Assembly: GCF_964355755.1 (NCBI RefSeq)
Contig: NC_092675.1
Location: 29,360,912 to 29,424,911 of the forward strand
Direction of reading: 5' to 3'
DNA from: Antedon mediterranea
Taxonomy: Eukaryota > Animalia > Echinodermata
DNA length: 64,000 nucleotides
Shown: piece after piece, positions 42,311 to 56,130 of the stretch
Position numbering within the stretch: the stretch's first letter is position 1
How the letters are laid out: each line of letters begins with the position of its first letter
Translations under genes and position numbers: made by a program
Notes under the pieces: model-generated
What the model was told of the DNA's origin: nothing
The model's database searches: none
What the model saw: only the letters and a program-made list of their open reading frames with translations

Positions 42311-43599
42311 CTTGGCTTCTGAAAGATATGTCTTTTTTTAGGCTGGGTACCGAGTGTAATCTATTACACAGGGATGAGCTTAAAAATTCCTGGTGGACGA
42401 AAACATTATATATCAACGATAAAGACCATAAAATGAAATAAACATTAACTATCTCGCTACATTTACTGAAATGTCTAGCAAAGGACCTCAAATACATAGA
42501 GCTTGTATATATAACATGTTCTGAACCCTACAGATTTCAACATTAACCTATGGTGGGGCTATAAGGTCATTTCATAAGCATCCCTCGGATATTACAGTAG
42601 TTACGCGTTTGTTTTTATCAGAAACTATAAAAGTAAAGCCCATTAAAAAAACAAATCTGAGGTGAAAATCAGCACATTTACACATACAGACGTATAGACA
42701 TACACAAGTATAGACATTTGTAATAGTTTTTTTTATTAAAAAACAAAGAAATGCTTACCTGTTCAATGTTGTAGTGTTTTTAGAACATAGAGATTTTATC
42801 ATTCACTATGAATATCTATATATCTGTATGTAGATATATGATAAAATAAATTGAGTTGTAAGTATCTCACTCTTGCAATGAAGGTTATGTTGTTTTCCAC
42901 TTCCTTATAGAATTCAGTGACCTGGGACTGTTTATTTTTACCTACCTTTTATTCTTTATGCAGAACTGAATTTGGCTTTTACGAGCAGAGCTCTGCACTG
43001 TACAATTTCTTTGTGTAGTATCTGAATAGCTAATCCTGTTTCAATATTATTTCCGTATTTCCTCATATATCTATCTTGTAGTAGATAAAATCAGTTAAAA
43101 AAACAATTATAAATAACAAACTAAATATTTGGTTTTATTTTTATTTATTACAAATATGATTTACATTGTTTTTATTTTTCCCAAAATGAGTAGGAAAATG
43201 ATTACACATACTATATACACATTTGTATGTTTTATTTTTCTGCAATTATGGTAAATAATTTTATGGATTTTAATTTAAATACAATTCTATGTTCTGTCCA
43301 GGGAAGTATATTTAAAGTGCAATTTGTTTTGGAATGAATAAAGAGATATTGGTTTTAATTTCATAATTTTATGAAGCTTGGCATTTCTCTTTTACTTTCA
43401 TATTTTTATTTTGCCTTTGAATTATATGAATGTCTTTTATACTTTTGTATAGTTTGCTAAAAACACATTTTAAATGGTGGCAGGATCTGGGTCATGATGT
43501 TCAAATACTCAAAAAGACTAGAACAAAATTATAATAAAAAGATATGAGGTGTATAAAAATCATGTGTTAACTGCTTATTTCCAAGGCTAGGGAAATGTT

Positions 43600-46032
43600 T
43601 TAGGTGATGGGTAACCATTTTTGATCAACAAATTTACGTAATTTTAGAGCCTCGATTCTTGTTAAACCTAAATCATTGACTAGTATATCATTTGTAAGTT
43701 CTCCAAGAATTGTTCCATCTATGTCATTACCTTTGAAGGCATCAATATGTCTATCTAAATGTAGAAGATGAAGACAATCTGCCACCTGGTTTATAGACAG
43801 ATTGTTCAGATCATCTGGCAAGTCATTTCTGCCTAGAATTTGCCTACTTTTGATTGTTAACTTAGTCATTTCTTGTGGAATGTCTTCAACTTCTACATAA
43901 ATATTTTCAGGATCAGTAACTGACTGAGGAATTTCATTGTATGAGTTGTATGTTGTCTGAGGCAATGATGGGATTTTTGGTAGGTTTCTTTCATACACTC
44001 TACTGAAATGAACCGGTAATTTGGAATTGTGTGAGGACTTTTTCGGGAAAATATTTGGTAGCACATAACTTTCATCATTGGAACTGGTTGGCGATGGCAT
44101 ATTGCGGAATTTTAAAGTTGTTTTCTTTTTAACTTGATTAGCATCTTTGCCGGTTTTCATAGTTAAATTTACTGAAGGACTGTTGTCTACATTAGTTTTC
44201 ATCTTGCCTTTTCCTAAATATTCAACAGTTTCTTTTGCACAAGCCGTAATTCCTATATAAAAAGAAAAACAATTTTTATATTTTCAACCATCCTTACAAA
44301 TGACATACTGTATGTCCATTCAGAAAATAAAAACATACTTATTTTACCTTTATTCTTAAATCGTGAGGAATGAGGAAAAAATATCATGAAAATAAAATAT
44401 AAACTATACCTGGTAATGTTAGCTTGTTTATTCGCATGTTCATGAATTGCGTCAAGTCTTCACATAATTTTTTCCACTTTGCAGATTTCTTTGATTTGAT
44501 TCCCTTGCCTAGGGCCAATCTTGTCATAGAATGATGTTTAATTGTTGATTGTCCACAGTCTTCAAAATTTAAATCTGAAAAGTATTTTGATATTTTATTT
44601 TTGATTAGCAGTGCAGTGTGAGGATTAATATACCTAATAATAACGTGATAATGAATGCTTGCAGTAAAAAAGAACAATTGTAATTTATGCTTTAGTTTTT
44701 GACTTACGACCTTCAGTATTGTATATACTGTATATCATAGTTAAGTTCAAATGTAAGAAAAAAACATAATTTCAATAATATTTCTAAGAGGGCACTATTA
44801 TTGCGCCACACCTTTAGGCAGTTTTATTCAATAGGATGAAACCACGGAAGCTTATAGTTACTACGGCTGAACAATTTAAATTGTTAAAAAGTTTAAATGG
44901 GTTTACCTCTGTCTAGACAATAACCAGTTAAGAACATCATGTCATCTTCACAAACAATCCTCACTTTGTTCCTGAAGATGTTATGCTCCAACTCATCTAA
45001 GCAGTTGTCTGAAATTTCTTGGTGGATAAAATTCCATTTACCAACTTCATCTTCCAATATCATTTCTGATAGTTGCTGATGGCCTGAATAACATGTTGAA
45101 TGCCCATTGTTATTATTGGATTGTATAAAATAAACAGGCAGAATAAAACCCTGTCACCTAGCAAATTTATTTACATTAGGATGTCAACACTGGTATTTTG
45201 TTTGGTGTGCATCCTTCTAACTTATATAAACCCCAGAGTTTTTCTATGCAATTTGAAATTGGGTAAAGAGGTATAAAACTCAAAATGTATTTTCGGAACT
45301 AGCATTGTTGAAGTAGAATATCAAATATGTTATGGTGGGTTTATAGCCAGTATTTAAAAAATAATATTTAAAGAAAAAAATTGGTTTAACTTTTTCTTCT
45401 CTTTAAATTAAGTTCAGTTGATAATTTGCTAACCTTTAGAGTCTTCATTCCATATTTTGATATTTGGAGACATTGGAACACTCCAGTATTTTCCTGTTGG
45501 TGTTTCCATGATGACTCGCTTTTGCTTAGATGCCTCATTTAGCCAAAGAATCTTAATGAGTCAAATAATATATTATGTAATAGTCATTTGAAATGGTCAT
45601 TTGCAAAAGACAATCAATATCAATTTTGTACACTGTCCCAATACACAGGTGACAATCTATTCTCAAAAACATTGATAAATAATATTTTTATACTGAACAC
45701 CGAAATGCTTTATTTGTCCATTATCATAGTAAGTTAACAATAGAAATTTACAAATGTTATTAGAATATATTAAGTTAACACAAGCCCATACAAAGATACC
45801 GTGGTAAATTTGTGTACTATATATATATTTTTCTTACCTCACATGTTGAATAACTTGCTATTTCTTGATCAGAGATGTGTAAATAACTTTCAGTTACCAT
45901 AGCAACAACCGGTAACGAGATGTCGGCTATTATCTCCCTTACAGTATATGTCTTTTTACTCCAACATGTATTTTCAATAGATGACATCAAACGGTAAAAT
46001 TCGGTTTGTTGATTATTTGAAGCCATAGTCAT
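43600..46032 (-). CDS. CABIT-like + SAM domain adaptor protein, paralog D, ~435 aa
   Basis: Exons 46032-45838, 45551-45434, 45083-44907, 44574-44410, 44252-43600, totalling 1308 nt in an open frame. WSKKTYTVREIIADISLPVVAMVTESY...ILWLNEASKQKR...WSVPMS; C-term SAM is closely similar to that of paralog B. Confidence 0.85.
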
Positions 46033-48422
46033 GCTGAAATATATGTATTGATTAAAGGATTATACAAATAACCAGTTTCGAGGAAATTGTCTTGTCAGGA
46101 AAATATTAGAGACGAAACAGGACATGAAGCCACAGGAAGGTGCTCATGAATAATTTATGCATGGCCTTTAAAAAAGTGTGCGGAGCTTAGCGTGAAATTC
46201 TCTTAACTTTTTGGAACGATAAAGTTGCCATTTTCCGACTAGAAATAATATACAGTTCTATTCTGTATATTTAAAATTGTTTAATGAAATTACGTTTTTA
46301 TTTTATTTTATAAAACTGCTATGTCCTCTCTTTAAAATCTAGCAAACACAGAATCTCCGTCATCCTTCTCTAACTGTCCTGTTTTGTAAAGTCCCTATTG
46401 TTTACATTTTAGAAGTTAATATGTACAGTATTTAGAATAATGTATTCTAGGTTGCTTTTATGACTCATAATAGAGTTATGGTTATAGTATCGTAAGGCTC
46501 GGTCTACTTTGGTTGGTTTAATTTCATATCTGCATATAACGGTGTCTAATTTAGTTAATTTTGTAATTATACATGCTCTCTGAGAGCATGTTAGCAAGAA
46601 TTGACATGATAAAGATGTTTATGTTAATTACTTCCTGTAGTTTCATAATATAAGATCATGTTAAATTCTGAATATGAACCTAGCTGGGCCGTCGTAGCAT
46701 GTTCTAAGTAGAGTTTTATAAAGCTGTGTATAACATCTAAGATTGAAAAACAGAAAAAGCTCATCCTAGTACATCTTTCGAGACAAGTAGGGAGTTATCC
46801 CAGTATACTACATTAGCCACTGATCATAACTGGGCCCTCTGGGAGACCAATTTTTGACAGAAGATGTTGCCCAGTATAAATAATAACAAAACACTTACCA
46901 TAAAAATTGGTGAGAATACAGTACTATAGATGGATCATTAACTTACCAATATTAAACAAGTTGTTGTAGAAAAAGCAATTATCTCAATCAAATCTGTTTT
47001 ATTTCTTCTTTGTCTTTTTACTTCCTTAATTTGCGTTCTTTATTCATGGAAACGAAATTATAGTGATTATTATAAGTGATACCAAATCATTAAATATTTA
47101 CTGATTTAAAGTGAAATACTAAATATTTATAAAGAGAAATGTGATTGTTGAATACTGTACTACTATGATAATTAGTACTGTATACATTATCATCATCATC
47201 ATTTGTTTTCATTGGTACAAAACATAGAAACATAAATAAGAGGCCGACACCCAATTATGTTGTTACATATAACTACCGTAGGATCCCAAAGGCTGCTTAA
47301 CAAAGTTCAAATAAATTTATTTTATAAAATATCTATATATTTATTGAAAATATAAAATTGAGGTATCCGAGAAATTCCAATATATTGTAAATCAATTATA
47401 AACGTTGACGAAAATTGAAAATATCTTACCTATTATACCATTGCAAATTTTTTAGAATCAACAGTATAGAATGGTTTGAAAGCTGTATAATACATTCATC
47501 TGAAAATTGCACTTTGTAAATACAAACTGCATTATATGGTAGAAATGGTGTGTAAAATGAATTTCATTTAACAAAAAGGCTGATTGGTTGGTTGATTGAT
47601 CATTGCGTTCAAAACTATACATATAGTTTTTGTCACATTGTGCTAATTTTGTTTTTTAAAGGCGCCCTCTTTATCAAAATTTAAAAAGTGTGTGCAAAAT
47701 CAAATATTCTGTTTGAAAGCCACAAATTTCTCACAATATTTTTATAGTTATTTAAGAAATATACATTGCAATTGTGAACATTTTTGTTTTGACTTTTGAT
47801 TGAGATTTTAAACAATTAAGAAACTTTTAGCATTTAGATTATCTTGGATACAACGGATATTGGGGTAAGATTATTAAAATTACTGAAATGATACAATATT
47901 TTTACACAAAAAATTAAACCTTGTTCTTTTTTTTCTGTACATTTTATTCCAACTTTACTTATATCAATAAATGAAAATGCACTTCTATGTATTGTAAGTA
48001 TCTAGTATAAAATTATCTTGCATTCAGTTTTGATTTTTTTATAAATGTTTTTATGGACATCAGTTTCTTAGCTTCTTTTAGCAGTTTCTATACATCATCT
48101 AATTAACAGTCCACTGTAGTATTATGGTATCTAAACATATTAATCATATTATTAATTCAACAAGTAATATGATTATGAAGATTATCATTTTTCCAGGTAG
48201 TAACATAAAGGTGAATAATTCAACTGAACTAACTTGTTGATTAAAACAATGATCTTTCCTATCGAGAATCTATCATCAGGCTGAATGGTGGTGAGGTTGG
48301 TCATCGTTGTTTTAATAAACAGATTCATAATTCACCAAATATAAACAATAATTAATATCAAATTGCCAAAGTAAAATATTTGATAATTTTGTAGTGTGTT
48401 ATGTACAATTATTCTGAGAACA

Positions 48423-51400
48423 TTATTTTCCAGTTTTGCTACTGCTTTGTGGCAGCCATCTTCCATCTATAAACTTGACAACTTTTAACGCATCAAGTTT
48501 TGACATGCCCAGTTCATGTGTCATTATCTCTTGATCAAGGGCGCTAAATATTTGGCCGTCAATGTGGTTTACTTCGAATTGGTCTTTGTATTTGTCTAGT
48601 TTTAGCAAATGTAAGCAATCAATGACTTGTTCTTCTGACATTGTGGAGATGTCTGATGGAACATCTGAGGCTTTCTCAATTTTGTCAGAATTATCATCTA
48701 CTTCATCATACAGATTTTGAGGTGTGTTGGTTGGCTTGTTAGGTTGCATAAGTGGTGTAACTGCTGCTATTGTTTTTCTTTCTCTTATGGGAAGAAGATT
48801 TTTATTCTGATTTTTATGTTGTGTGATGATTGATGGTAAAGTTTTCTGATTTAAAGTAACTCTTGTCATAAGATTTGAGTTCTGAAGACCAGGAATTGAT
48901 GATGTTTGGAAACTTATTTCAGGTGGTTTTGTAATATTTAATTTAGGGATTACTCTTGGTGGCAGTGTCATTGAAGTATTGTTATGTGGGATTGGTACAG
49001 GATCTTTCTTTTTAACTGACTTGCGACCAGCTGTTGGTGGTGGTTTTTGTTTTGGAAGTTGAAGTGGTATTTTAAGATCGTTTGATTCTTGACTGGCTGC
49101 AGATTTCATACTTGGTTGATTACTTAATTTTAAAGTCTGAGAAACCTCTTCGTTTTTATTTTTTTCCAGTACTTGTGATATTTGATTCTTTAAAATAGAT
49201 ATTTTGTTTTCGTAAGTTATATCTATGTCTAAATGTATGTCTTCTTTTGTCATTGTTGTAGTTTTGGCTTGTTTTCCAGTAATGTCATTAGAATTATTCT
49301 GTGTGGGTGAATTCAGAGGAATTTTTGGCAATGGTTTAATCTTTTTGTTGTTTGCCTCTTCTTTTGCCATTGTAGTTGTCTGTGGATTTTCTTGAGTTTT
49401 GTTAAGTGTGATAATATCATTAGAAGTATTCTGTGTGGTCTTGGGTGAATTCAGAGGAATTTTTGGCAACGGTTTAATCTTTTTGTTGTTTGACTCTTCT
49501 TTTGCCATTGTACCTGTCTGTGGATTTTCTTCAGGTTTGTTAAGTTTAATATCGGTGTATGTGTGAATTGTATTTGTTGTAGGCAAATTCTTTTGAGTTT
49601 TTGGAATTTTTGGCAATGGTTTAGTCTTTTTTAACTCCTTACTAACACCTAAATCTTTAGTAGTTGGTAATGCTGGTAAGGTTTTAAACTTCTCACTTGG
49701 CTGATTGAGGGACATGTATGCATTATGTTTTAAGACAACTTGCAGTAGTTTGCTATGCAGTTGTTCGTAGTTGATAGTTGTTGAACCAGCAAAATGTATT
49801 ACCTTTGGTGAATATAGATGTATTTCTGGAATAAATTAGAGAAAATCAATCTTTATAACCAAAGAACAAACATAGTCGAATGTCTATCCATGAAAGCTAA
49901 ATGTTAAGGTCCATCAATTGTAACAATTAAGGATCCAGAGTATGAGCCTCAGGGACATTTTGCCAGTTTTTTTCATTTTTATTATTTCTAAAATATAGAC
50001 TATTGATAGTCAATTTAAAGATTCAATCTTTTAAAACAAATTGTCATTGAGCTCATTATTCCGTAGTATATACTTTTTTTTAAAACTGAAACTTACCACT
50101 GCTGTTGTCAGTAAATGCTTCAAAATTCACTTTCTTTTCAATCTGTAATTTCATGTCATTTCGAAGATTGTCACTGTCTTTGCCTAATATAGCCATTTGG
50201 AATTGATCAGCACAGTTTTTTAATATGCAAAAAATAGATGGATTTCCTTTGTCTGAAAAAAAAAATAGTTTTAACATGTCTTATTTATGTTCTAAGTTGC
50301 TTTTTGGAGCTTCTTCCACAAATACAAATTTTATTTAAATTTTGACACGTTTTTGTTGCAAAGTATTTTAAGTTACCAATACAATAGTAGTTATATTTCA
50401 ATTAAGTAATTATATTTCAATACCAGTATTGAAATATAAACAAATGTTTTTCGACAGCTCACTCTGTCGGTCAGTCGGAAAACTAACTTGAGCACACGAC
50501 TGCAATCTTGTTTTTCTCATTTACAAATTGCTTTCAGACCAAAGAGTGTGTAAAATAGGAAGGTTGATATAGTAGTAGGATAATCTGTCAATTTACTTAC
50601 TGTTGGTTACATCTACAGCGATGACTGCGTTAAAGTGATAGCTTTTCATAAGAGTGATATCGCTAAACCAGGCTAGAGGTATTTCTCTGTCATTTAGTTT
50701 AGCAGATTTAAAACTCATGCTATCCAGACATGGTCTCACTTTGATAGGCATTTCATGGTTTTCCAAAATCTCGCTTAGAAATTGCAGGTTTTCATCATCT
50801 GTTTCATTGCTGTATTCAAGATTCTTAAATAGAATAGGGCAATTTACCGGAAAAAGTATTTGATTTCCATGGCGATCATTCGCAACAATTCTCTTGATTG
50901 TTCTTCGTTCTTGCAACCAGTAAAACTATTGTGAAGAATTATACATATTTATTTGGAATATAGTTTGTATCATACTTTTGTAAAAAATATAACCAATGGC
51001 ATTTTCGTGTAATTTAAAGTTGATTTTGTTAACAATCAATACTTACAAAATGAATTCAAAATATATAAAAACAATTTATAAATATTATAAATTTATACAA
51101 TATAACTTATTCTTATTACAAAGGGTTAATAGAAATATCTTTTTTAACATAATACATATTTGAGAATAAACCAGTTTTAAAATTATTCTTCTCAATAATC
51201 AGTGAAATTTATGTAGTTTTTACAGTGTTAATAAATCTATTACATTACCCGTTCATTATCAGGCAAATTTTCTCGTTGAGTTTTATCTGATATCACTCTG
51301 GTAAAAATTGGCATAGGAATCTTCAAGTCTATCAGTTCGGTAGAGTTGTACAATTGCGAGTTCCAAACTATCTCATCCAATCCTTTAAAGATTTTTACTT

Positions 51401-51437
51401 CACTGTACAATTCTTCCGTCGTCGTATTACTCGCCAT
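48423..51437 (-). CDS. CABIT-like + SAM domain adaptor protein, paralog C, ~690 aa
   Basis: Four exons: 51437-51249, 50925-50601, 50252-50097, 49825-48423, totalling 2073 nt in an open frame. WNSQLYNSTELIDLKIPMPIFTRV; second repeat LSEILENHEMPIKV; C-term SAM VPSDISTMSEEQVIDCLHLLKLDKYKDQFEVNHIDG...GRWLP. Confidence 0.85.
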
Positions 51438-52220
51438 TGTAATATTTCGATGTTAATGAAGGTTATTAAAACTTTCTATTAATTTATCTCTTGTCTTGCA
51501 TTGTTATTTTGTAATAACACCGAGACTGAAAGTTATATAAATTATGACAACAAAAGCTCGGTCTAATGAGGTTACATGCTAACATTATGTTTCTCTTTGT
51601 TTATTATTCTAAGCATTTAAATCTTATCTTTGTCAAAATATTGGAATTTATGACAGAAAACTGAGGTTATAAAGATGCATAAAAACATGTAAACATTATA
51701 ACTTAAGATTCAACTGTTAAATGTGATGCAACAGTTTAAAAAATAAAAAAAAAAGACAGTATACAAAAATACACAAAATCCTATGTTTTAAATAATCTGG
51801 TTATTTTGTTAGATTACCATATCAAGATAAACTTAAGTGTAAAAGAATCTCTGAGTGGAATAGTACTTTACAATCAGGAAGTATAATAAACTAAGTTGTG
51901 TCAACAAACTGTCACAAATTAATGTAGATATTTAAATATAAAGTAGATTTATGCAATGATAATATAAATAAAAACTGATACTGTAACTAATAACATTGAC
52001 TCTTGACTTTCCATTATGTGCCTCAATTCATGATTCTTCACTGATTTGAAAAGCAAACTATTAAATGTATGCGTCTTTTACTTTTACTACCCGACAATGA
52101 CATTACTACTGTACTTCCATGTTATACAAAATGTTGAGGTGATCACATTATAATATACCCAGAAAATAAGTATAATTTTATTCACATATTCTACCTTGTA
52201 GACGATCAATACTATAAATG

Positions 52221-55200
52221 CTAGCTTGATTCAGGCAACCACTTTTGATCTACAAATTTCCTTAATTTTAGAGCTTCAATGGATGTTAACCCAAGATCAT
52301 TGATTAGAATATCTTTTGTAAGATCATTAAGAATTATACCATCAATGTCACTTTCTTTAAAAGATTCAATATGTTTATCTAAATGTAGAAGGTGAAGACA
52401 ATCTGAAACCTGACTCATCGACAGATTATTCAAATCATCTGGTAGATCATCTCTACTTAGAATTGGTTCGTTGCTTATTTGTAATTGTTCAACCTCTTGT
52501 GGCATGTCAACAATCTCCTCATAAAAACCTTCAGGAATAACTCCAACTGTAGGTGGTTCAAGAACTTTTTTATAAGAGATTGATGGCTGAAGATCTCCAT
52601 CAGCTGTTGGAACAGGTGGCAATTGTCTTTGGCTTTGTTCAGGAGAGGTCACTGATAAGTTTACAACGCTTTCAACCAATGATTCTGAATCACTTTGTAG
52701 ATCATCATACACATTTTCCACAAATTCTGTTGGTAGCATATATTCAGCATCGTCGTCGTCGGCGTCACTGTAATCATATTTGCTTCTTGAATACTGTTCT
52801 TGTTCTAGTAAACTGTGTTGCACACTCTTACTGCGCCTCATAGTTAGAAATGATTTTCTTTTTTTCTTGCTTATTTTTTCGTTTGTTTCATCTACTGATG
52901 ATATGCGTGTCATTGACCTAGTTTTCAATTTAGTTTTCCCCCTTTTCTGTGTTTTTTCCTCATCTGGTTTTTCTTTTATCTTGTTTTCTGTAGTCCGAAG
53001 ACGTATTTCTTTTTTTGCAGGCATCATATCAACTTCTGTTATGGCTTCTGTTATGGTGTTCATTGTTTGACGTAAGGAATATAAAGTAATACCTGCATAT
53101 AAAATATTAAAAGACATTACCTTTCAGTGATGGATATTTATATTTTGTAATGAAAACAACGTTTTTACTTTCTAAGTTCAAACATGTTATTTGTTTGCAT
53201 TGTAGCTATAATTTGTTACATTGTAGCTAAATATTGCATTGCAACTAATAGTTGCACAGCAGGTAAAAGATGCATTGCAGTTAAAAGTTGCATTGCAGTT
53301 AAGGATTCACTGCAGCTCAAAGATCCATTGCAGTTTAAAAGATGCACTGCAGTTCAAAGATGCAATGCAGCTAAAACTTACACTGCAGTTAAAATAACCA
53401 GTCAAATGACATTGTTTTTTTTTCTTTACAGTTTTTTAGAATACGATCATTAATTGAAATATTTCCTGTTGCTATTCTACTTTTTAAACCAGTTATTTCT
53501 TGCAATAGAAACAAGCGCTTAATGTTTGCTACCTGATGGTAATGTTGTTTTACCTGGAAACTTGGGTTTTTCCAACGACTCTCCTAACAGGGAACTAAAT
53601 TCTAAACAGAATTTACTCCAGTTTGTAGAAGTCTGTCCTCTAAGACCAGTCCCTAATGAAAAGGTCTGTTCTGGATGATGTTTGATTACTGATATAGGAC
53701 AATTTCCAAGCATCATATCTGAAGAAAAAATGGCCTTGTATTATTTTATTGTAGTGTCAGGTATTTCTTTTATCCATAAAAGCAACTAACAAAATACTTT
53801 TGATCTACCATTATTAGTTATTACATATTTTTTAAAGATTTAATCTTGTTCACTAAATTTATTTATATTTTTAGTGAAATGTTTATCTTGATTTTCTGTA
53901 AGCCTGTATCTTCGTTCTCTCTTGTTCTATTAATTTAATTTAATAGGACCCTGGATGTCAAAATAAAGGCTTGCAAAAAAAAGTTCAAATTAAAAAAAGA
54001 AGAAACAACTGTTTCTTCTTTTGTTCATAAATAAATTAAATAAAATTAATAGATTATTAAAATATTAATAATATTTTAATAATAATAATATTGAAATAGT
54101 AAACATATAAATAAAATTTGCAAAAGCATGTTCAATTTCAGATTAAAATTAATAGCAATAATCTGTAAAATATGAATCAGAATTTATATCTGAACTCACC
54201 ACTGCTTAAAGAGTATCCAGTTAAGAACACCATGCTATGTTCACTTCTGACCCTCAAATCACATCCAAAGATTTGATGCCGCATTTGGTTGATGTCAAAG
54301 TTTTCAGCATCACAAAATTCTGGATGAATTGTGCTCCATTCACCTTCTTCCTTCTCCACTTTTACTTCCGAAAGTAACTTGTATCCTTGTAAAAAAAAAA
54401 AGAAGATATTTAACGAAACAAAAGTGAAAGATGGGTTGTATTATGGAGACTGATATGATATGAGGATTTTAATTATCTAAAGCACAATGAAAATTTGAGA
54501 CCTTTATTCATTCTGAATATATGAGGTTTATTTATTTATTTCCTTTTCCTCATAAATTTTAAGGTACACTTTTATCAAACTCATTGCGAATTTGTATGCG
54601 TTTCCTTTTTGTATTGACCTATTTTTCTGATTTATTTATATTTTTAACGAAGATGAATACATATTTGATTTGATTTTGGATGAACTGTTAGGAGCTCATT
54701 GATAAGTTACCGCAATCCTAATAGCAAGTACAAAGTCAATCGTAATTTTTGTAACTAAAAAAATTAAATATGATACACCTCGTACATTGGTTCTGAAAAG
54801 AAATGTTGAGTTTCTCAACGTTTTGATCAATATGCTTTGATCGTCCTCAGGAGTGAGAATGTCAATACGTGTATTGCAGAAAAAGAGGGGATGTATTTAA
54901 GAACTTCAAAAACAGTTTGCGATATTTATCTAGCCCAATCATTTGACATTCATTTTATTATGCCTTAGTTCATACCTCCACCCATTACGCTTCGTATTTT
55001 ATAGTTGTTTGACATTGGAACACTCCAGGATTCGTTGCTACTTGAATCCATTATAAGATACCTTTGCTCACTTGCTCCATTAATCCATAAAATCTAAGAA
55101 TTGGAATCAAATTTACTTATTCTTGCTGAGAATATTAAAAAAGCATCATAATATTATTCAGAATTAAAATTAGAAGGAGGCTTGTATTTCAATAGATAAG

Positions 55201-55876
55201 TGAAAAATTCAAGATTTCCTGAGACAGCATTACCTACAATAAGCAGATTGATCTTACATTGTTGGGCTCTTGATAATTTGGATTTTTACATCTACCAATC
55301 ACAATTAATTTATAGATGCTTTACTCTCATTGCTTTGCCCTTTGTATGGGATGTGAAGCTGTTGGACCATATGCACAAAGAGAACTTTTACTATACTGCA
55401 GCAAAACATTAATTGTTCAACCTGTTCTCAACATGTTTTTTTTAAAATGTGATGTACATTGTTTATTGCAGTGACAGCCTCATATATAAAATAATGCAGG
55501 TACTGCAGTAACTACAGTAGAATTATTTTGCCCAAATATGGTTGTGATATGCTCAAATATGGTAGTGATATGCTCAAATATGGTAGTCATGTCCATGTAT
55601 GGGCACATCACATTTTTTTTGTCACATAAGGTTTGATAGTGTAGACAGAGCTTTATAAAAAATAAAAAAATTAAGTTAATATCTTACTTCATCTGTTGGA
55701 TAACTGTCTGTATCTGAATTTGTAAGGTAACTGTCGACCACCTTGACAATGATAGGGAATGAACAAGAAGAAAATATCTCCTTTACTGTACATGTTTTTT
55801 CACTCCAAAGTATTTCATCCAAGCAAGACGTCAGTGTATGAAATTTTTCTTCTGAGTTGTCTGAAGCCTGAGCCAT
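52221..55876 (-). CDS. CABIT-like + SAM domain adaptor protein, paralog B, ~509 aa
   Basis: Exons 55876-55688, 55093-54976, 54385-54200, 53718-53554, 53092-52221, totalling 1530 nt in an open frame. The exon-4 donor was chosen because it gives the same 165 bp as paralog D; an alternative in-frame GT follows 53533. WSEKTCTVKEIFSSCSFPIIVKVVDSY; C-term SAM LPDDLNNLSMSQVSDCLHLLHLDKHIESFKESDIDG...QKWLP. Confidence 0.85.
54812..54859 (-). ncRNA. Degenerate minimal type-I hammerhead ribozyme (Penelope-like element remnant)
   Basis: Reverse strand reads ttctca-ctc-CTGAGGA-c-gatcaa-agcata-ttgatc-AAAAC-GTT-gagaa. Stems I and II pair, but the GAAA core reads AAAA. Confidence 0.6.
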
Positions 55877-55917
55877 ATTTTATTGTAACCTGAAAAGTGA
55901 ATATACTTGTATGGATA

Positions 55918-56130
55918 CAGTGGCGTAATGGCTATGAGCCCTCACTGGCTAAACCCAGGGGCCCACGAGCATATGGAGGCCCTTGATCAGGGCCCTTGAT
56001 CAGTGCCCAGAGGAAAAACAGACATTCAAGTATGTCGAAAAAGGCTAAAAATGCCCGAGGCCTCCAGCGTTGGAGGATACTTAGGGTTCCTAAACTAGGT
56101 ACCTGATCAGGCCTCTGCGTTATGCCACTC
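55918..56130. mobile_element. hAT-like MITE with 8-bp TSD
   Basis: CAGTGGCGTAA ... TTATGCCACTC, flanked by TATGGATA at 55910-55917 and 56131-56138. Confidence 0.8.
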
